DNA of 58,097 nt, the filler included, from Squatina squatina (taxonomy: Eukaryota), in assembly GCA_031763465.1 (NCBI GenBank). It is 3 parts of 3 records of this genome, joined end to end, with 100 filler letters (N's around TTAATTAATTAA, not from the genome) between each part and the next. Parts side by side here need not be neighbours in the genome. Positions count along the whole stretch, not along the records: positions 43,383 to 58,097 come from JARFOE010000219.1; 2 more parts are not named here. One strand, 5' to 3'. The notes below the pieces were generated by a model that was not told the origin of the DNA, searched no databases, and was given only the letters and a program-made list of their open reading frames with translations. Both the position numbers and the translations under genes were made by a program. This document shows positions 50,136 to 58,097 of the stretch, in pieces. The stretch's first letter is position 1, and the number at the start of each line of letters is the position of its first letter.

Positions 50136-51812
50136 GCCCTAATGTATCCTATTTGCCCACATGAACAACCAAACAACTTCAAATTTTACATCAGCGATTT
50201 ACACGAGATTCACAAATAATGCGAACAGACAGATTGCCGGTATAAATGGACATGGGTTTGGGATGCTTTCCTTCTTTCACTATTCATTCACCCTCCTTCA
50301 CTGACTGTTGACTGTCTTTGGGAACAGAAACAGGGAATGTGTGCACATACATGCCTGTGCAGTCCAGCCTGAGCCTATGAAATCTAAGTTCGAAGAAACA
50401 GTACAAGTAGCTCAGTAGAATGTGGATTATGAAGTCCTCTAAATGACTGAGTGTTGAATCTACTCCCATTCAGCCACTGAATAGTATCTGATGCCAGTTT
50501 TCAGCATTGACAAGATGCACATGGCTGAAGCGCAAAATATTAACTTCTGCACCGAGCTCTATTATCACATTCAGAGCTACTGCTATGTGATACCAGTCTG
50601 AAGTCTCTGTAAAACTTGGTTCTGTTTACTGGAGTCAAAACAAATAAAAAATCTGGAATCAAAGCTTTCACACGAGCAATTGTACCAAAGTAAGATTTGA
50701 TTCACGTCCAAAGGCAGGTACTTATCCCAGTAAGAATGACTGGCCTCTTTGGTAAAATGAACAACTAAACAGTTTCATCGCGATCTTGGAGTAACCCTCC
50801 TGAGTTTCTCAGCAGCAGATCAACTGCTGTGTGAATAGGCTTTAGGGTCATGAATGGACCAATTGATGGTGGGAGTTACAGGTAGCATGGGTCACTGCTA
50901 CTTGACTTATTGCATTTTCCATCCCATTCTTTTCAGTCCTGGTGGTGTACCGCTTGGTCCTTCACCCAGATTTTGGCAGTTCAAAATAAAAGGGCACAAT
51001 CCACCTGCCCTTATTTTCCCTGCACAGTATGGATGGGCATCCCATTGTAACTTAAATGCATTATGTCGTTCAATTCAAGCACAGAAATGCAAGGCACTAT
51101 TTCCATTCACTGCCCTTGTGAATGGAAGTTCTAAGCAAGGCCTTACATGTTTATGAGTGAATTCCTCGTGAGTTAGTCATATGACATTATTTTGAAGGCT
51201 TCATTCATAAAATACCACAGTGATGTAGTTGTTCATTGCATAAAAGAAGGACGGTTGCAACACATTCCTTCCATTGCTATCCTACTGCCATTAGGCTGAA
51301 ACCTATGTATAGATTTAATTGATATTGTTAATCTCTGTCTTAACTAGGGAACAGAATCAAATCTTTGATGTCCCCTATGTTGCATTAAAGATGGGCGTCA
51401 GGCAATGGCAAAGGGTTAAAACCCATGAAAAAGGAATAAAAAGGCGTATCTCCGGTTTTCTAAAATCAGGTATGCAAAGTCCGCAAACATTTACAGGAAA
51501 CAGAACATTTATATCTTTTTCTTGCTTCTTTGAAAGAGATGGGTTGACTTTCGGCTGACCTACATACGTTGCTTTTCAAACTTTTGCAAAATAAAACCAG
51601 AGTAAAAGATACCTAAACAATCACACACCAGCCGCCTGCTGCGTTACTCATGCAATTATATAAGAGAAACATATTGGTTTCGTTGCTGCAGAGAAAAACG
51701 TTTTTTTAAAGGNNNNNNNNNNNNNNNNNNNNNNNNNNNNNNNNNNNNNNNNNNNNNNNNNNNNNNNNNNNNNNNNNNNNNNNNNNNNNNNNNNNNNNNN
51801 NNNNNNNNNNNN

Positions 51813-52292
51813 CCCCACCCCATTCGCCCCACCATTGCCAGCTGGGCCTTCAGCAGCTTGTCCGCCTCCCTCACTTCCTTTAAAGCCCTTCTTAAAACCC
51901 AGCCCTTTGACCAAACTTTAGGTCACCCCTCCCACTATGTCCTTCTTTTCCCTATGCCTCTGTGAAGTGCTTTGGGATGTTTTGCTGCATTACAGGTGCT
52001 GTATAAATCCAACAAGTTGTTGTTGAATTTATCTGTGGATAATTACTGTGAAATTGATGACATTAGATCCTGCCCAATATTTATCGCTCAAAAAACTCCA
52101 TTAAAAAAACAGGTTATCTGGTCACTATCACATTGCTGTTTGTAGGAGCTTGCTGCTCACATCTTTGCCAGCTGTGTTTCCAACATTACGACAGTCACTA
52201 GACGTCAAAAAAAAGATACTTCATTGGCTGTAAAGTGTTTGGGATGTTCTGTAGTCGTGGAAGGTGCTATATAAATGCAGGTTCTTCCTTTC
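51813..52292 (+). mobile_element. L2-like 3' end followed by a DeuSINE 3' half
   Basis: Shared tail ggtgctgtataaat..aagttgttgttg at about 52005-52025 and ggtgctatataaatgcagg at about 52263-52281. Confidence 0.7.
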
Positions 52293-52466
52293 TAACCTGC
52301 CCGGCAGGTAACCGACAGGATTGAATCAGCCGCCTGCTCTACAACCGGCCTGATTTTGCTTTCCGTTAACTTTGATGGATTGTAAAACCGAGCAGGGGTG
52401 TAACATGGACGGCCGATACGGTCCCGTCAGTTTCCCGCCAGACGCGTTAGGTTAAAATTGCCCCCC
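52293..52466. mobile_element. Palindromic MITE
   Basis: Left arm (ccggcaggtaaccgacaggattgaatcagccgcc) imperfectly matches the reverse complement of the right arm (ctggcgggaaactgacgggaccgtatcggccgtc); ends ggttaaaattgccccc. Confidence 0.6.
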
Positions 52467-53848
52467 TATAATTCTCATCTGCTTATATGTCAGGTCCACG
52501 GGCCATACTTTTCTTTGTGTGTAAAGCTAAAGAAAATTTCCTGTATTGAGTGATCATTATCAATCGGTGACAGTTTAATAAAGGAATTACTCTTTCATTT
52601 TAAAAGCAGAGGGAAACGTACATATGAGATTTGCTCATTAACGTTAAGTGTGTCACCTCACGACCCTGAGAGCGAAAATCCAGTGGCCTGATTTGGGGTC
52701 ATTTTTTTATTTTCTTCATCTTCTTTTGAGATTAAATCATCTTTTACTAGAAATGTATCCTACGTTTCAGCTGAAATGGTTCAGCTGCAGAGTGCTGGAG
52801 GAGCAGACTGTCTGGGTAGATTAGGTATCAGTTTCCCTTCCTAGGTCAAAATGACTAATAAATCATTTAAAGCCAGATCAAGTTGATAGCGAGTTTCTCA
52901 GGACGCTCTNNNNNNNNNNNNNNNNNNNNNNNNNNNNNNNNNNNNNNNNNNNNNNNNNNNNNNNNNNNNNNNNNNNNNNNNNNNNNNNNNNNNNNNNNNN
53001 NNNNNNNNNAACAGCTTCAACAATTGGTTCTCCCCGCCCCACCCCTTTGATCGCCATGTTACTGGGAAGTGATGTTTGTTTTTTTTCCTGTAAATGCACC
53101 TTGGTAAAGATTTTCCTTTTTCAGCGTGAAGATTGTTCACCGACGTAAAGATTCGAAAAATTCTGGAACCATTTTAAGTAAAACAAAAAAAAAATGCAAA
53201 AAGCACAATTTCCGCTTGTACATAAGATGGCGGAAATAAATGTGATTATAATAAGTAGACTTTAACAGTTTCAGCACTGATTGTCCTTTTCACCTTTCAT
53301 ACTACGCAGATGTCTCTAGTCATAAAACATCTCATAAAAATTACATTCTGCTGATTCCTGACATTGAATATAATAAGCGAGGATTAGAAAACCCTTCAGA
53401 ACCTCTGGGCGTTTCTCATTTTGTCATATTCTTTGTTGAAAATGAGAAATTGTAACCTTGTTATACTCTTTCATTTCAAAGCTGAAGTACCAGAGCAGTC
53501 CGGAAAGGGTAAATGCAGAATACGCAGATTCTGATGACTAATTTTTCAACACCAGTCCTCAAGGGGAACCTGTTCCCAATCCCCGCCTGTCCTCTGGGAG
53601 TGGTATTTTTGTAACAGAAATTCCTTGCACTGAGAAAAAGCTAATGCGTTACTCGCATCTGGCATTGCATGGCAGTGCTGACACTCATTCAGTCTGGAAT
53701 CCAAGAGTCGGCTTCTCAAGGGGCTGTGTGGAAGTTTATAAACTGTTAACTGGATACTAAAAGCCTGATTTAAAAAAAAACGTAAGTCCATTTTTCCATG
53801 TACTTCTCATGTCTTTAATGCAGCCAATTCATTCATTAATTTTCATCA

Positions 53849-54185
53849 TGGGTTCAAGTCCCCACTTCAGAGACTTGAGCACGTAACCCAGCCTCAGACT
53901 CCAGCGCAGTACTGAGGGAGTGCTGCGCTGCTGGAGTCGCCGTCTCTCAGATGAGATGTTAAACCGAGGCCCTGTCTGCCCTTTTAAAAGGGCTGCGAAG
54001 GATCCCACGGCACTATTCGATGAAGAGCAGGGGACTTCTCCCTGGTGTTCTGGTTAATATCACTAAAAGAGATTAGCTTAAAAATTCAATGACGGTGTGT
54101 TCTGAGCAGGAGGTGCGCCACTCTCAAAATTGGTATAGTGGGCTCGAGGGACTGAATGACCTGCTCCTGTTCCGATGTTCCGATA
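53849..54185 (+). mobile_element. DeuSINE 5' half followed by a short CR1 3' end
   Basis: ggttcaagtcccac B-box; gatgagatgttaaaccgaggccctgtctgcc...ggatcccacggcactatt Deu domain; gggctcgagggactgaatgacctgctcctgttcc. Confidence 0.75.
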
Positions 54186-55711
54186 CTCCCATAAACAGTG
54201 CAGCTGTAGCAGAGGAGTTGTTATTTGGGAACAGGACAAGATGTTTTAGTGGTGGAGGAAACAGTATTCATTAGTTATGGATGGCCACAACAGCTGCACT
54301 TTCTCTTATACAAATGGTCCATGAGCCCTGTGTAAAGGAAACACAGCGAGGGTAACCTTATCCCCAAATAGAATCATTCAGTCACTCGAATTTTGATGTA
54401 AACAAAGATTATTCTATTCAGAAGGACATTCTTTGCCTAATAGTAAAACCCATTCTAGGAATATAATCACACCGTGCATTTATAGAATCATAAAATGGTT
54501 ACAGCACGGAAGAAGNNNNNNNNNNNNNNNNNNNNNNNNNNNNNNNNNNNNNNNNNNNNNNNNNNNNNNNNNNNNNNNNNNNNNNNNNNNNNNNNNNNNN
54601 NNNNNNNNNNNNNNNCTGGATTGCTAATTTAGATTGGAGTGGGGTTGAATCCACCAATCTCTGACTTGGAGATGAGAGTGCCACCAAGTGAATTAAGCCA
54701 AAGCATTGCTCATTGCTGAAATCCCTCACCTTGATAAGCAAACACCTTCATCCCCTCCAAAAAAAAACTCCATTAATCTAACAAACCACTTGTCATTTGC
54801 ACGGGCCCAGTAAGCAATGTAATAGCCCAACAGCCTGGATTTAAGAGATACATATACACAACAGGAAATTCCTCAGCATGGATGGAATTTTCTGAGCAGA
54901 CAGTCATCAGATACTAATCACAACACAGACTGCCACATTGTGAATCAGATGACTGTAGAAAATATAATTACAAGATTAATAAGAAAGCCAGCAAAAAAAA
55001 GCCTGCCAATGCAAATGAGTGTCTATTAAAAATAAACATCTGGTCATATGAATTATAAGTAAAAACAGATTTATTTGAATAAGGAGCAAAACCCTGCATG
55101 CATGATATTGATTCTGGTGACAAGCCTGTTGTGTGAAATAAGTCGGATGGACAGGGACAGGGGATTTATAAGTGCATGTATGTAACAGGGACCAATCAAT
55201 ACTGACCAGGGAAGTAACAAAGCTTCATTATTCCACTTGTGAATATGAACATTTTGTTGGGTTCATTAAAGAGATCTGCAGTTCATCATTGGCAGGGTTA
55301 GATTAACAGGGCCATAAACCCTTCTCAAGCAGTGCTTTGGCAATTTCAGCAAATGTTATGCCAACCAAAAAAAAGGCTATTTACAACTCTCTTCTTTTCC
55401 GGAAGATGCTGATCCACGTTGNNNNNNNNNNNNNNNNNNNNNNNNNNNNNNNNNNNNNNNNNNNNNNNNNNNNNNNNNNNNNNNNNNNNNNNNNNNNNNN
55501 NNNNNNNNNNNNNNNNNNNNNGTGTACTGGGCCAATACATGGACAGTGTCCTCAGCTGCTACACTGAGATAAAGTGGACATGGTAATTGAATGGAAGGTA
55601 CAAGAGGCCATGACAAACTGTCTTCAGAGATTAGACTTATTGTCATCTCTTTCCACTGTTACTTCCTAATATTGTCCCTTTATGCTTTTGTAAAACTCCA
55701 GTCCTTTCTAT

Positions 55712-56005
55712 TGAGGGAGTGTTGCACTGTTAGAAGTGCCATCGACCAGTTCGGATGAATATTAAAGATTTCCACATTCAAATGGATGTTAAAGTTTCCA
55801 TGACGTTATTCCAAGTAGAGCAGAGAGTTCTTCCTGATGCCCCGGCAAACATTCTTTCTTCAACCAATACCACCAGAAACAGATTAATTGGTCACCCATT
55901 TCATTGTAGTTTGTGGGACTTTCCTGTATGCAAAATGACTACTGCGGTTGCCTACAGAATAGTCACCACTTCAAAAGTAATTCATTGTATGTGAATCACT
56001 TTGAG
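55712..56005 (+). mobile_element. Old DeuSINE copy
   Basis: tgagggagtgttgcactg...agagcagagagttcttcctg...cacttcaaaagtaattcattg. Confidence 0.65.
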
Positions 56006-58097
56006 ATCTTTCACTCTTTCTCTCTTTCTCTAATGATGCAATTCATCTGTCCTCAAGTATTGTCACAAAGTCATCTCTCAGATTAGTTGATACACAAACA
56101 TCTTGAAGATGGCTNNNNNNNNNNNNNNNNNNNNNNNNNNNNNNNNNNNNNNNNNNNNNNNNNNNNNNNNNNNNNNNNNNNNNNNNNNNNNNNNNNNNNN
56201 NNNNNNNNNNNNNNGAGACCTTGAATGCTGGAATAAATAATGTCAAGATTAGGCCTACATAAAGCCATTTTAAAGTGTGTGTGCGTGTGTGTAGAGCATT
56301 ATACTCCAGCAATGTGAAGGGTTAATCTCCAGAATGGTCAAGCTATTACAAAATCTTTTCTGACAGATTATGCAGGACTTTATTTTTACTAAGAATACCC
56401 AATACACAAACTGTCACAACCACAACAGTTAAATGTGCATATATGAATAAGTAGGGCATAAAAAACCTTCAAAATAGCTGTGGTTAGTGGCTAGAAGAAT
56501 TAGAACTTGCCTTCAAGCAAAAGTGATAATAGCTGCCATACTGAATTGCCACATTAGCTTGACTGAATTCATTTTCCCACACTAGGCCGCACAGATTTCA
56601 TTTACTGAATGGAAATTATGGCCATGTTTAGAAGAAAAAAAGAAAGACAGAAACAGGCATTCATCTTAAAACAAACCTACAATTTAACTGGCGTCGGAAT
56701 GTTTGCGGCCACAGTTTATTTAACAGTGATAAAATGCACATGCTTGTTAAACCAATGTTGCCACAGACCTTATTCCACATAANNNNNNNNNNNNNNNNNN
56801 NNNNNNNNNNNNNNNNNNNNNNNNNNNNNNNNNNNNNNNNNNNNNNNNNNNNNNNNNNNNNNNNNNNNNNNNNNNNNNNNNNTCCAGTGTATGTTTTTAT
56901 TTTTCGATGAACAGCAAGTAGACATGTGTTTAGCACTCGCTCTGTCACTTCCATCTCTTAGGGGCTGAAGAAAACCACGTTCCACAATATAAAATCTGGT
57001 GATTAAAAGAAAAATAAAGTTCCACTGTGAAATTCACCCTCTGTACGAACTGCACAGTGTCGAACTCATGCTGTGTAATATTAGTGAGGAGCACGCTAAG
57101 CTGTTCATGTGCTTTTGAACACTACCTTAACAATTGGAATAACCCATTTGCTTCAACACCTCATTAAGATAACAGACAGAGGAATTTGATACCAATATAT
57201 TAACACATTCATGACTAATTTGCACAGCGTGATTTCAATCCATAATTGATTAAAAAGAGTGTTGTTTGGGAGGAAGAAAATTGGATTGCAAAGTTTTCAG
57301 ACTTGCTGCATCCAGAAAACATTTCAGTGCTCTTCGTAAGATATTGATATTTTCTGCAGTAATCTGAGAATTGAATGCTCTCATCCTTGCCTCTGATCAG
57401 ATTGGGTTAATGTTGTATGGAGTCTGGCCTGACTAGGGGTCGCTGTTTATTTCCAGTTCATTAGTGTTAGATTACAGGTGTGTGGAATTTATTGCCAATG
57501 TTTATTACGTTTTTAAATGCACTTCCTGCTGCTGCACATGATTCTCTTCACAGCGACAGCTCCAGAGAGCTTGGAGCCGGAGAGAAGCTGCATCTACTGC
57601 TGCTTTTTATTACAAGCCCAGTCCCTCCTGTGGGTTTCCATGTAAGCCTGGTAAGGACCTCCAAATACACAGAAAGTGGAAATGAAAGGCTAGAGATCAG
57701 CGCCTGAGAATTCCCCTGAGGTTCCCCTGGCTCTCCTGTCATGGCTTTAAATGGAGAAACTGTGTGAACACTGAAAACAGGCATTTGAACCAGTTCACCA
57801 AGGATCGCTCCAATCTTCCACTGATAATCGGGGTGGGGGGAGATTGGAAAATTCTAAGGGGAAGAAATTCAATTTACTGCCGCCTGTCCTGCACCGTTAA
57901 GCCTCAAAGCTTTACATTGCGATCTGTCACACACCAATCTGGACTGGAAATGCATCAGACACCAGCGATCATCTGCAACAAACATAGGCATCATTAAAAT
58001 ATTATAATTTGGAGCAGGGCCCTTTTCTGGAATTAGAACGTCCTGCAGCCTGCTGGATAGAAGTTTCCCCTTTTCCTGCTGACCTCCTCCAGTAAAA

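Overview
Fragmentary eukaryotic genomic DNA from a jawed vertebrate. The repeat content (tRNA-headed DeuSINE/SacSINE1-like SINEs, CR1/L2 LINEs with (CATAGAAA)n tails, Harbinger MITEs) points to a cartilaginous fish. The window is three separate scaffolds joined by an artificial N44-TTAATTAATTAA-N44 spacer at 26614-26713 and 43283-43382, each built from 1-3 kb contigs with placeholder N gaps. Segment 1 (1-26613) has minus-strand exons of RNF175 (two), SFRP2 (exons 2 and 3 plus 3'UTR) and DCHS2 (two), in the same order and orientation as human 4q31. Segment 2 (26714-43282) has three consecutive minus-strand OLA1 exons with long introns. Segment 3 (43383-58097) has no recognisable coding exon, only repeats and enhancer-like unique sequence. 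The most interesting details are an RNF175 exon flanked by U12-type (minor spliceosome) signals on both sides, two degenerate minimal hammerhead-ribozyme motifs from a Penelope-like repeat, a decayed retrovirus-like integrase resembling the NYNRIN/lokiretrovirus group, a palindromic MER121-like block, and a long stem-loop in the SFRP2 3'UTR. I found no convincing wholly new biological system. Gene identities come from my recall of vertebrate protein sequences, not database searches. Exon boundaries are read from splice sites; repeat boundaries are approximate.
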